Positions 1 through 9,433 of a stretch of 60,715 nt of DNA are shown here, piece by piece. Both the position numbers and the translations under genes were made by a program. The notes under the pieces are model-generated. The model was not told the origin of the DNA and searched no databases. It saw only the letters and a program-made list of their open reading frames with translations. This DNA is from an uncultured virus (IMG/VR IMGVR_UViG_3300025598_000045) (taxonomy: Duplodnaviria > Heunggongvirae > Uroviricota > Caudoviricetes), in the IMG/VR virus record IMGVR_UViG_3300025598_000045, one strand, 5' to 3'. The first letter of the stretch is position 1; the number at the start of each line of letters is the position of its first letter.

Positions 1-127
1 GCGGCGGCGGCGGAAACGGCGGCGTGAACGGCGGTGGTGGTTCTGCTGGTTCTGCTGGAGCCGCTGGCGTTGTTATTATTGAATACTGAGGTGGAATATG
101 AAAAAAGCTCTTATATCTCCTAATGAA
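1..127. repeat. Terminal direct repeat identical to 60589-60715 (circular contig overlap)
   Basis: Exact 127-bp match of both ends, falling inside coding sequence; 127 is a common assembler k-mer. Confidence 0.95.
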
Positions 128-367
128 CCTGTCTACAGCTATGATGGGGCATACCTTGGCGAGCGTGTTGCCCAAGTGGAACCCGAAGGTTCAACATTTC
201 CTGTAGCAGATCCATTGTTTTGGACTTCCTGCGCGGATGATGTTGTTCAGGACAAATTCTATTGGAATGGGAACGCTTGCATTGCAATCCCAACCCCTCC
301 GTTAGCACCTGCTCAGACTCCGACAACAACTGTCACAGGAACAGGCGGGCCTAATGTCGTTGCTTGA
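98..367 (+). CDS. Hypothetical protein, fibre-associated (possible fibre assembly chaperone)
   Basis: RBS GAGGTGG; follows the Gly-rich fibre gene across the circular junction. Confidence 0.6.
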   Translation: MKKALISPNEPVYSYDGAYLGERVAQVEPEGSTFPVADPLFWTSCADDVVQDKFYWNGNACIAIPTPPLAPAQTPTTTVTGTGGPNVVA

Positions 368-623
368 TCGTCCTCTTGCCATTGGTAAACTGACCGGAAC
401 CATTTACGACTTTGAAAATGTAGGGGATGAGTTGCCGCGTCATAATCACGGCGAAAGTGACATCCACATTTCCATTGTCGCCCGTGGATCTGTAAAGGCA
501 ATGGGTGACGGCTGGGAAACTGAAGCATCTTCTGGTACAATTCTTGACTGGGAAGTCGGACAGTACCATGCGTTTGTAGCACTGGAACCGAACACTCGGC
601 TGGTGAACATAGTAAAGGGTTAA
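354..623 (+). CDS. Small cupin (RmlC-like) domain protein
   Basis: PRHNH...HISIVARG and YHAFVALE cupin motifs. Confidence 0.7.
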   Translation: MSLLDRPLAIGKLTGTIYDFENVGDELPRHNHGESDIHISIVARGSVKAMGDGWETEASSGTILDWEVGQYHAFVALEPNTRLVNIVKG

Positions 624-627
624 GGCA

Positions 628-1464
628 ATGACTGTTACCATTGACGGATCAGCAGGTATCACAACCCCCGGTGAAACAATCACTGGCACGGGGTCTAAGA
701 TTCTTGGTGACTTTACTAATGCCACTGTGGCAAGCCGCAACAGCTTCCAAACCAGCACGACCAATGGTTCAACTGGTATTTATGCTTTGCCAAACGGCAC
801 AAGCACTGCTGCATCTTGGCAAGCAACTAATGCTGCTGACCCGACCAATGCCAGCAAGATCCTGATTGCTACCAACGGTAGTACGGATGTCCAGCTTGTG
901 TCAGGTATTAACGGCACCGGCACTTATTTGCCGCTGTCATTTTATACCAATGGCACACAGCAAATGCAGCTTTCTACGGCTGGTATTCTGACTGGCACGG
1001 CTGGTAATTTGATGCTCGTGCAAGGCACAGCGCAGAATAGCACCAGCGGCACAAGTATTACATTTACTGGCATTCCGTCTTGGGTAAAGCGTATTACCGT
1101 AATGTTTAGCGGCGTTAGTACTAGCGGCACATCCAATCTTCAAATACAAATTGGGTCTGGTTCCGTAACCAGTAGCGGCTACACCGGGGGCGCTTCTATT
1201 GGAACAACATATAATTCAGCAACAAGCGGTTTTCTAATTTATACCAGCGTAAGCGCGACAGATGTCATAAGTGGGAATGTTGTTCTATGTTTACTTGGAA
1301 GTAATACATGGGTTTCGTCTGGGAATTTAAATAATGCAGGAGCGCTCAGAGTAAGTGGCGGAAATTCACCAGCTTTGGCGGGCGCGTTAGACCGTGTTGT
1401 TATCACAACAGTCAACGGTACAGACACATTTGACGCTGGTGTCATCAACATTCAGTACGAATAA
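628..1464 (+). CDS. Tail fibre-like virion protein
   Basis: T/S/G-rich; C-terminal domain paralogous to 1477-2151. Confidence 0.65.
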   Translation: MTVTIDGSAGITTPGETITGTGSKILGDFTNATVASRNSFQTSTTNGSTGIYALPNGTSTAASWQATNAADPTNASKILIATNGSTDVQLVSGINGTGTYLPLSFYTNGTQQMQLSTAGILTGTAGNLMLVQGTAQNSTSGTSITFTGIPSWVKRITVMFSGVSTSGTSNLQIQIGSGSVTSSGYTGGASIGTTYNSATSGFLIYTSVSATDVISGNVVLCLLGSNTWVSSGNLNNAGALRVSGGNSPALAGALDRVVITTVNGTDTFDAGVINIQYE

Positions 1465-1476
1465 CAGGAGTCTCTC

Positions 1477-2151
1477 ATGTCAGGCACATTACAGGCAAGT
1501 GTCGTAAAAGACTCGGCCTCAGCAACAAACAATCTTGCTTTGGACGCCAGCGGTAACGTCACGGTTGGTAATAACCTGACTGTGAATGGTACAAGTACGC
1601 ATACAGGTAATGCTACTTTTGCAGGAACTATTACGGGGTCCAGCACCATTGCTGCTTCTACAGGGACTCTTTACCCTATTGTTTCTGGTACGTCTCAAGC
1701 ATCTACCAGCGGTACGAGCATTACGTTTACAAGTATACCATCTTGGGTGAAACGCATTACTGTTATGTTTAATGGGGTTTCTACCAGCGGTACTAGCTCT
1801 TGGTTGGTTCAAATTGGATCTGGGTCTGTATCAAATTCTGGTTATTCTTCAGTAAGTGGATATGTGGGAACAGGTTCAACGGCTGGCTCAGTTAACTCAA
1901 CATCCGGTTTTGTAATAGGAATTGGAAACGCCGCAAGTTTGGCGTATGGAAGTATGGTTTTGACATTGTTTGGAAGTAACACGTGGGTTTCGTCAACCTC
2001 TTTAGGTGATGTTGTTTCTGGTTCTTATTATGGGTTTAATGGCGGCGGCGTTTCTCCCGCACTTTCTGGCGCGTTAGACCGAGTCGTCATTACCACTGCT
2101 AACGGCACAGACACATTTGACGCTGGTAGCATTAACATTTTGTATGAATAA
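1477..2151 (+). CDS. Tail fibre-like virion protein, paralogue of 628-1464
   Basis: Shared STSGTSITFTxIPSWVKRITVMF...LDRVVITTxNGTDTFDAG module. Confidence 0.65.
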   Translation: MSGTLQASVVKDSASATNNLALDASGNVTVGNNLTVNGTSTHTGNATFAGTITGSSTIAASTGTLYPIVSGTSQASTSGTSITFTSIPSWVKRITVMFNGVSTSGTSSWLVQIGSGSVSNSGYSSVSGYVGTGSTAGSVNSTSGFVIGIGNAASLAYGSMVLTLFGSNTWVSSTSLGDVVSGSYYGFNGGGVSPALSGALDRVVITTANGTDTFDAGSINILYE

Positions 2152-2178
2152 TCATTAGGCATCAAGGGGGGGGAACTT

Positions 2179-3768
2179 ATGCCGTTTAGTTCAGATTGTG
2201 GCAAAGGCCACATAAAGCGTATTGTCAACAAGATTAAACCTAAAACCGCACTGGATATTGGGTGTGGCGCGGGTACTTATGCCAAGATGTTTCCTCATCT
2301 GGAATGGACAGGTGTGGAAATATGGGGTCCGTACATTGAAGAGTATAGCCTAAGAAACCTATATTCTACGCTGCACAATGTGGATGCGCGGGAATGGACA
2401 CCTAGCCAAAAGTATGATGTCGGTTTTCTCGGCGATGTGCTTGAACACATGAATGTTCAGGAAGCTAATGCTTTATTTAACAAACTTTTAGCTTGCTGTG
2501 AAACAGTTATTATAAGCCTACCAATAGGTTATTACCCTCAGGAAGAATATGATGGAAATCCTTATGAGCGTCATGTCACGGACAACTGGACTATTGATGA
2601 TGCTTTGTTATTTTTTCCTAGTCCTAAGTGGTATACTGTTGATGGCGACATTGGCGTTTTTGTGTACACTCCTCATGATGTGAAACTAAAGATTTGCGTT
2701 TACGCTATCAGCAAGAATGAAGCGCATTTTGTGCCACGGTTCTGTGAATCCGCCAAAGAAGCTGATCTGATCCTGATTGCAGATACGGGGTCCACTGATG
2801 GGTTGCCTGATGTAGCGCGGGTCCATGGCGCGGTTGTCCATGACATCTGCATTACCCCATGGCGGTTTGATCTGGCGCGTAATGCCGCGTTGGCACTGGT
2901 TCCCCGTGACATTGATGTCTGTATTTCACTGGACATTGACGAGCTTTTGCAACCCGGCTGGCGTGAAGAGATAGAGCGTGTGTGGACGGGCGACACAACC
3001 CGGTTGAGGTATATGTTTGACTGGGGGGCGGGTATTGCGTTCTACTATGAAAAAATCCACGCTCGCCACGGATATATGTGGCATCATCCGTGCCATGAGT
3101 ACCCTATTCATGACGGGCGCATTACAGAAGTTTGGGCGCAGACTGACATGCTATTGGCAGTCCATAAGCCAGACCCGACAAAATCCCGTGGCCAGTATAT
3201 GGACCTGCTGGAGCTGTCCGTTAAAGAAGACCCGCGCTGCCCCAGAAATGCGTTCTACTATGCACGGGAACTTTCATTTAACTACCGGTGGAATGATTCG
3301 GTTGAGGCATGTAAAAAGTATTTAGCTATGCCAGAGGCAACTTGGGAGAATGAACGGTGCTATGCGTACCGTGTCATGGGACGGTGCTATAATGAAATGT
3401 TTGACTCTAAAAATGCGGAAAAAGCATTTTTTAACTCTGCTTCAGAGGCCCCCAACACACGGGAGCCGTGGTTTGAGCTTGCTGCTCTTATGTACCGTCA
3501 GCAGAGGTGGCACGAGTGTTTTGCCTATTCCATGCGGTGCCTAAGCATTAAAGACCGCCTGATGGTTTATACGGTAGACCCAGAGGTTTGGGGGTTTCAA
3601 ATACATGATTATGCTGCCATTTCTGCATATCATCTTGGACTGAAGGATATTGCGCTGGAGCATGGTAAAATTGCTTTAGAAATGAACCCCAATGATTTGC
3701 GTTTGCAGGGTAATTTGGTATATTATGCTGGCGGGGGAAATGGCAACGCGGACGTAGAGGCGACATAA
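2179..3768 (+). CDS. SAM-methyltransferase / GT2 glycosyltransferase / TPR fusion
   Basis: LDIGCGAG and DVLEH; ICVYAISKNE, DTGSTD, FDLARN, SLDIDE; helical TPR-like C-terminus. Confidence 0.85.
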   Translation: MPFSSDCGKGHIKRIVNKIKPKTALDIGCGAGTYAKMFPHLEWTGVEIWGPYIEEYSLRNLYSTLHNVDAREWTPSQKYDVGFLGDVLEHMNVQEANALFNKLLACCETVIISLPIGYYPQEEYDGNPYERHVTDNWTIDDALLFFPSPKWYTVDGDIGVFVYTPHDVKLKICVYAISKNEAHFVPRFCESAKEADLILIADTGSTDGLPDVARVHGAVVHDICITPWRFDLARNAALALVPRDIDVCISLDIDELLQPGWREEIERVWTGDTTRLRYMFDWGAGIAFYYEKIHARHGYMWHHPCHEYPIHDGRITEVWAQTDMLLAVHKPDPTKSRGQYMDLLELSVKEDPRCPRNAFYYARELSFNYRWNDSVEACKKYLAMPEATWENERCYAYRVMGRCYNEMFDSKNAEKAFFNSASEAPNTREPWFELAALMYRQQRWHECFAYSMRCLSIKDRLMVYTVDPEVWGFQIHDYAAISAYHLGLKDIALEHGKIALEMNPNDLRLQGNLVYYAGGGNGNADVEAT

Positions 3769-3769
3769 A

Positions 3770-4006
3770 ATGGAACAGTTCCATTCCCTGCTTGAGATGG
3801 GCATTTGGGCAGTAGTAGCAGCTATTGGCTGGTTCATGAGAGAGCTATGGGGAGCTGTTAAAGCCCTGCAAAAAGACATACATGACGTTGAAGTCATGCT
3901 CCCGACACAATACGTTCAAAAGAATGAGTTTAATGACTCCTTAAAACGCATAGAGGATATGCTGGGAAAGATTTTTGACCGCCTAGAAAACAAAATGGAT
4001 AAGTAG
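3770..4006 (+). CDS. Small membrane protein (lysis cassette, holin-like)
   Basis: N-terminal hydrophobic helix then coiled coil; upstream of endolysin. Confidence 0.55.
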   Translation: MEQFHSLLEMGIWAVVAAIGWFMRELWGAVKALQKDIHDVEVMLPTQYVQKNEFNDSLKRIEDMLGKIFDRLENKMDK

Positions 4007-4009
4007 GCC

Positions 4010-4483
4010 GTGGACCCTTTAACCATCCTTGCGGCGGCTCAGGCTGCTTATGGCGCGTTGCAGGCTGGTATTGCGGCTGGCAAAGAAATTCAGTCCATGG
4101 CAGCGGACTTATCCGACCTTTGGGGAAGTGTTGCCAAGTTAACCCATATATCTGCTGAAACGCCACGCATTAGCGTTTTTAGTAAAAAGTCAGCAGAGCA
4201 AATTGCCATGGAGCGTTATGCAGCCAAGGCAGAAGCACAAGATTTAGCTTTACGCGCCAAGAACATGTTTGTCGGCCAGTACGGTTTGGCAGCTTGGGAT
4301 CAGGTGCAAAAGGAAGTGATTAACATCCGCAAGGAAATTGAAAAACAGCGCTGGGAAGATAAGAAAGCTCAAGCTGAACGCGCTGAAGAGTTAAAAGAAG
4401 CAGGGGTTGTTTTTATGATAGTAATGGCAACCTTGGCAGTCATGCTGCTTGTTGGAGCTATGTTTTTAGAAAGAATTAACTGA
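4010..4483 (+). CDS. Hypothetical membrane-anchored protein
   Basis: C-terminal hydrophobic segment; coupled to next gene. Confidence 0.6.
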   Translation: MDPLTILAAAQAAYGALQAGIAAGKEIQSMAADLSDLWGSVAKLTHISAETPRISVFSKKSAEQIAMERYAAKAEAQDLALRAKNMFVGQYGLAAWDQVQKEVINIRKEIEKQRWEDKKAQAERAEELKEAGVVFMIVMATLAVMLLVGAMFLERIN

Positions 4484-4980
4484 TGAACCTTGGTATTTTT
4501 GGAAAACTCATTGAAAATGTCGCGCCAACCATAGCCAGCGCATTGGGCGGACCAGTCGCCGGGATGGCTGTCAAAGCCCTTAGCTCCGCCCTCTTGGGAC
4601 ATGATGGTGGTTCAGAGGACGACATTACAAATGCCTTGGCTAATGCCACACCTGACCAGATTACGGCGCTAAAGAAGATTGACGCTGATTTCAAGGTCCA
4701 GATGAAAAAACTGGACATTGACTTGGTAAAAATTGCCGCTGACGACAGGGCTTCTGCTCGTGACATGGCGGCAAATACACATTCTTACACGCCATCCGTG
4801 CTGTCATACGTTACGGTAGTGTGCTGGGCAATCATTCAGTATTACTTGTTTACGCACATTATTGACCCGTCAATGCGGGAACTGATTGCGCGTGTTCTTG
4901 GCACGTTGGATGGCGCGTTAATGCTTGTGCTGTCCTTCTGGTTTGGCAGCAGCAATCCAATGCTGGGGGAAAAGAAATGA
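4483..4980 (+). CDS. Putative holin / membrane lysis protein
   Basis: APTIASALGGP N-terminus, two C-terminal TM segments ending FWFGSS; directly upstream of endolysin. Confidence 0.6.
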   Translation: MNLGIFGKLIENVAPTIASALGGPVAGMAVKALSSALLGHDGGSEDDITNALANATPDQITALKKIDADFKVQMKKLDIDLVKIAADDRASARDMAANTHSYTPSVLSYVTVVCWAIIQYYLFTHIIDPSMRELIARVLGTLDGALMLVLSFWFGSSNPMLGEKK

Positions 4981-5576
4981 ACTTTGTTGGCGCGGCTTTA
5001 AAACTAAGTGATGATGACATTTCGTCAGTATCGGCAGACCTCGGCGTAGAAGAGGCTGCTTTACGGGCTGTTTTGGCAGTGGAAACAGGCGGATCGGGGT
5101 TTGACCATGCAAATCGTCCCAAGGCGTTATTTGAGAGGCATTACTTTTACAAGTTTCTTTCTGCTTTACCTGAGAAACAATCTCAAGCGGTTGACCAAGG
5201 TTTAGCTTACCCTAAGTGGGGAGAGAAGCCTTACCCAAAAGGCTCTGATGCGGTCTACGCAGAAATTACAGCCGCTTGTGCTATAGACGAGGACGCAGCT
5301 TTGCGCTCCGTGTCATGGGGTCTGGGCCAAATTATGGGCAACAACTTTCTTGCCGCAGGGTGTGATTCGGTTCGGGAAATGGTTGAGGCTGCATGTAATT
5401 CAGAGAAAGATCAGTTGACACAGATGGCATCTTTCATCCGCTCCAATGGTCTTTTGCAAAAGTTAAAAGACAAAGATTGGGTAGGTTTTGCCAAAGGCTA
5501 CAATGGACCGGGCTATGCACAGAACCATTATGATGTAAAATTGGCAAACAATTACGGAAGGTTTGCAATTGTATAA
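4977..5576 (+). CDS. Endolysin, N-acetylmuramidase (DUF3380-type)
   Basis: AVETGG, LFERHYF, SWGLGQIMGNN, FAKGYNGP motifs. Confidence 0.9.
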   Translation: MNFVGAALKLSDDDISSVSADLGVEEAALRAVLAVETGGSGFDHANRPKALFERHYFYKFLSALPEKQSQAVDQGLAYPKWGEKPYPKGSDAVYAEITAACAIDEDAALRSVSWGLGQIMGNNFLAAGCDSVREMVEAACNSEKDQLTQMASFIRSNGLLQKLKDKDWVGFAKGYNGPGYAQNHYDVKLANNYGRFAIV

Positions 5577-6063
5577 AATATGCTCAAAATGCCAAAAAAA
5601 CTTGGAATTAAGTAATTTTTATTCCGATAAACGGTATATTTTGGGTGTGCGCGGCGTTTGCAAACCTTGCATGAATAAAGATTCTTTAGAACGACATGGT
5701 GTTAAAAAAGAACAAAATTTTTCAAAACAGAAAGAATATAAAGCCAAAAACCCTGAGAAAATAAAAAATATTGCTAAAAATTATGCAAAAAATAATAGGC
5801 CAAAAGTTAATTCAAGGTTGGCTCAATATAGAGCCAAAAAGTTACAAGCAACACCTTCTTGGTTGTCAGCCATTCAAAAGGCGCAAATTCAAGAATTTTA
5901 TGACATTGCATTGGCAAAAACTATGCAGAATGGTATAGTTTATGAGGTGGACCATATACATCCCCTACTGGGGGATGGTTTTAGGGGCCTTCATGTTCCG
6001 TGGAATTTGCAAGTGATTTCACGGTTTGAAAATCGCAGCAAAGGCAACAAGTTAAGGCAATAG
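5563..6063 (+). CDS. Free-standing HNH homing endonuclease
   Basis: CxxC...CxxC; EVDHIHPL...GLHVPWNLQ...N..K.N; AT-rich relative to neighbours. Confidence 0.85.
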   Translation: MQLYKICSKCQKNLELSNFYSDKRYILGVRGVCKPCMNKDSLERHGVKKEQNFSKQKEYKAKNPEKIKNIAKNYAKNNRPKVNSRLAQYRAKKLQATPSWLSAIQKAQIQEFYDIALAKTMQNGIVYEVDHIHPLLGDGFRGLHVPWNLQVISRFENRSKGNKLRQ

Positions 6064-6065
6064 CA

Positions 6066-6791
6066 ATGACAGTAGGATTGTCTTACGATGGGTCAGTAGC
6101 CGGTACAACAAGTTATGTGGGGCAAATCTCCACAATGGCTGTTGTTGAGCCGACCAATACGGCTTTTCTTGCCATTCTCCCGCAGATGATTACCTATGCC
6201 GAGAACCGCATTTATCGGGATTTGGACCTTTTAGTTACACAAACAACAAACTCTTACACCATTTCGGGTAACAATATTGACGTTCCTGCTGCAAGTTTAG
6301 TTACAGTACAAAATGTTGTTTTGGCTGATACATCAGGCAATACTTACCCGCTTTTGCCAATTACTCGTGATTTTGCCAATAATGTGTATGGCAACAACAC
6401 ATACACAGCAACACCGCAGTATTTCTTTATTACTGGTGGTGCAGCTAATGAGGTCACGGATTACAATATTTACATTTATCCGTACCCAAATGCTTCTTAT
6501 ACAGCAACGGTTACTGGCACGTTTAGGCCAGCAAGTTTGTCAGCTACAAACCTGACAACATTCATTAGCTTGTATTTGCCTGATCTACTTATCATGGCAT
6601 CCATGATTTATGTGTCTGCTTACCAGCGTAACTTTGGCCGCGCCAATGATGACCCGCAAATGGCTGTGTCATATGAAAGCCAGTACAAGACGCTGTTGCA
6701 GGGCGCTATGATGGAAGAATACCGCAAGAAGTTCCAAGCGTCTGCTTGGTCTTCACATGGGACTTCACCTGTCGCAACTCCGACGAGGTAA
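6066..6791 (+). CDS. Tail adaptor / head-completion protein
   Basis: Position before nozzle gene; AENRIYRDL and YPYP motifs typical of this class (inference). Confidence 0.55.
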   Translation: MTVGLSYDGSVAGTTSYVGQISTMAVVEPTNTAFLAILPQMITYAENRIYRDLDLLVTQTTNSYTISGNNIDVPAASLVTVQNVVLADTSGNTYPLLPITRDFANNVYGNNTYTATPQYFFITGGAANEVTDYNIYIYPYPNASYTATVTGTFRPASLSATNLTTFISLYLPDLLIMASMIYVSAYQRNFGRANDDPQMAVSYESQYKTLLQGAMMEEYRKKFQASAWSSHGTSPVATPTR

Positions 6792-6794
6792 CAA

Positions 6795-9077
6795 ATGCCT
6801 CACGCAAGTCTTAAAATTCTCCCGGGCGTGGATACCAACAAAACCCCCGCCCTTAATGAAGCCGCCATTTCAGAAAGTCAGCTCATTCGGTTTATACCAG
6901 ACCGAACAATGGGTGGGCTTGTGCAAAAGCTGGGCGGATGGACGAAGTATATTTCCAGCGCCATTGGCTCGGTTGTCCGTAACCTGTGGGCTTGGGAAGA
7001 CACAAACGCTAATTCATACCTTGCAATTGGAGCTGAAGGACACGCGCCAATAGTTGTCACTGGGGCTTCTGGCACGGGGTCAACTGTTACCTTGACTTAC
7101 ACGGGGCCGTTTTCCTTTGTGGTTGGGTTCCATATTACTGTTACTGGAATAAACCCTAGCGCTTATAACGGCACTTATGCTGTTACTGCCAGCACTAACC
7201 ATTCCGTGTCATTTTCCAGCACTACAACAACAACTTATGTTTCTGGCGGGTTAATATCTGGTGGCGGCGGGGCGCTTCTTGTGGCGACCAACGGCGGTCT
7301 ATCTGACATTACTCCACAGAAAATTGTCGGAGACGCTTCGGTAAGTTTTGGAACAACATCTGGGTCAAACAAAGTTCTGGTGACTATCACCGGGTCAAAC
7401 GCTCAGAATGTTGACACCATTGACATCCAAACTCAGGTTGCGGTGGATGGTCTTGTGTTGTTTGGGCAATATCAATGCTATGCCAATAATACCAATAGCT
7501 TTTATATATATGCCACTGACGTACTTGGTAATCCTGTTAATGCCACAAGCACAACTACGGGCGGCGCTGTTCCAAGTTATACATCTGCGTCTGGCACAAA
7601 CACCATTACAGTTACGTTGAACAATCATGGGTACTTTGTTGGGGATACATTTCCTGCATTGGTTGCTACGACTGTTGGCGGCATTACAGTTTATGGCAAT
7701 TACACAGTATCTTCTGTGTCATCTTCTAGTGTTTTCACTATACAAGGCTCTACGCTTGCGACATCCACTGCAACCGTTTCAGAGAATTCGGGCAACCTGC
7801 ACTATGTTTTATACCGTGGTATTGGCTCTACTTACGGCGGCGGCGGGTATGGTGTTGGCCCGTATGGTGCGGGCGGATACGGAACTGGAACTGGCGCTAT
7901 TAACTCTAATTTGACGGGCGTTCCTATTAACACAACTGATTGGTGTTTAGACAACTGGGGTCAAATCCTTATAGCAAGCCCTCAAAACGGTCCAATTACA
8001 CAATGGGACCCGACATCTGGTAGCGTGGTGGCTGATGTTATTCCGCAAGCTCCATCTGTTAATAACGGCTTCTTTGTTGCAATGCCACAACGGCAAATCA
8101 TTGCATGGGGTTCCACACAGACCGGTATTGTTGACCCTCTTCTGATCCGGTGGTGTGACGTTAACAACTTTAACTCTTGGGCTCCTACTGTAACCAATCA
8201 AGCTGGTTCTTACAGGATTCCCAAAGGTTCAAAAATTGTTCAATGTTTACAAGGTCCTCAACAGGGTCTTATTTGGACTGACCTAGGCCTTTGGGCTATG
8301 CAGTATGTCGGGCCTCCCTATGTTTACCAGTTCAACGAGATTGGCACAGGCTGCGGTCTCATTGGGCGCAGGGCTGCTGGCACGGTTAATGGCGGCGTTT
8401 ATTGGATGGGGCAAAGCCAATTCTTTACATATAATGGTGGCGCACCAACTCCAATTCCTTGCCCTATTTGGGACACGGTTTTCCAAGAGCTTGACACAAA
8501 CAATTTGGACAAAATCCGCGTTGCAGCAAATTCACGGTTTGGTGAAATCAGTTGGTATTTCCCGACCAACTCCAGCAACGGTGAAGTCAGCAACTACATT
8601 AAGTTTAACTTCATTTTAAACCAGTGGGATTATGGCGTTCTTGGCCGCACAGCGTGGATAAATGAATCCGTTCTAGGCCCACCCATTGGCGCGGACCCTA
8701 CCACCACATTTATTTATCAGCATGAAACCAGCCCTGATGCTGACGGCCAGCCTATGACATCATATTTTCAGACAGGTTATTTTGCCATGTCTGATGCTGA
8801 CATCTTGATGTTTGTAGACCAAATTTGGCCTGATATGAAATGGGGTTATTATAACGGCACCCAGAGCGCCAACGTCCTTATGACGTTTTATGTCACTGAT
8901 TATGCTGGGCAAACTCCAACGGCGTATGGCCCGTATACTATGACACAGGATATTACATACATAACTCCGCGCTTCCGTGGCAGGCTTGTTTCTGTTAGAA
9001 TAGAGAGCAATGACATTGGGTCATTTTGGCGGTTGGGCAACATCCGCTACAGGCTGCAACCGGATGGGCGCTTCTGA
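6795..9077 (+). CDS. Tail nozzle / packaged-DNA stabilisation protein with beta-rich inserts
   Basis: 760 aa, propeller-like IRWCD, GCGLIG, VYWMG motifs; T/S-rich internal repeats. Confidence 0.65.
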   Translation: MPHASLKILPGVDTNKTPALNEAAISESQLIRFIPDRTMGGLVQKLGGWTKYISSAIGSVVRNLWAWEDTNANSYLAIGAEGHAPIVVTGASGTGSTVTLTYTGPFSFVVGFHITVTGINPSAYNGTYAVTASTNHSVSFSSTTTTTYVSGGLISGGGGALLVATNGGLSDITPQKIVGDASVSFGTTSGSNKVLVTITGSNAQNVDTIDIQTQVAVDGLVLFGQYQCYANNTNSFYIYATDVLGNPVNATSTTTGGAVPSYTSASGTNTITVTLNNHGYFVGDTFPALVATTVGGITVYGNYTVSSVSSSSVFTIQGSTLATSTATVSENSGNLHYVLYRGIGSTYGGGGYGVGPYGAGGYGTGTGAINSNLTGVPINTTDWCLDNWGQILIASPQNGPITQWDPTSGSVVADVIPQAPSVNNGFFVAMPQRQIIAWGSTQTGIVDPLLIRWCDVNNFNSWAPTVTNQAGSYRIPKGSKIVQCLQGPQQGLIWTDLGLWAMQYVGPPYVYQFNEIGTGCGLIGRRAAGTVNGGVYWMGQSQFFTYNGGAPTPIPCPIWDTVFQELDTNNLDKIRVAANSRFGEISWYFPTNSSNGEVSNYIKFNFILNQWDYGVLGRTAWINESVLGPPIGADPTTTFIYQHETSPDADGQPMTSYFQTGYFAMSDADILMFVDQIWPDMKWGYYNGTQSANVLMTFYVTDYAGQTPTAYGPYTMTQDITYITPRFRGRLVSVRIESNDIGSFWRLGNIRYRLQPDGRF

Positions 9078-9430
9078 TGGCTAGTTTAGACGACATCTTA
9101 TCGGCCCAGAAGAATGGCGTTGTTGCCATAAACAATGTTGGCCAAGCCAACCTCCGGGGTCAGGGAACTGTTACGTCCGCCACTGTTTCGGCTGATACGC
9201 TTGTTATCACTGGCAAGGGATACTTGGTCAGGGTTTCTGTCATAGTTGCAGGTTCTGCTGCTGGTGGTGTTTACAACGCAAACGCAACAGCATCCGCTGC
9301 TACAGCAAATCAGCTTATTGTGGTGCCAAACACAGTAGGTATTTTAAACGCTGGGCTGGTGTTTACATCTGGTCTTGTTATTAAAGTGGGGTCAGGTATG
9401 TCCCTTAATGTCACTTACGCGGTAGGATAA
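9077..9430 (+). CDS. Hypothetical virion protein
   Basis: ATG at 9077 overlaps upstream TGA; start moved from ORF-track 9026. Confidence 0.65.
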   Translation: MASLDDILSAQKNGVVAINNVGQANLRGQGTVTSATVSADTLVITGKGYLVRVSVIVAGSAAGGVYNANATASAATANQLIVVPNTVGILNAGLVFTSGLVIKVGSGMSLNVTYAVG

Positions 9431-9433
9431 GCC

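Noticed and set aside
1040..2151. Diversity-generating retroelement TR/VR pair
   Set aside because: Both copies are coding, differences are mostly synonymous and not adenine-specific, and no reverse transcriptase is present
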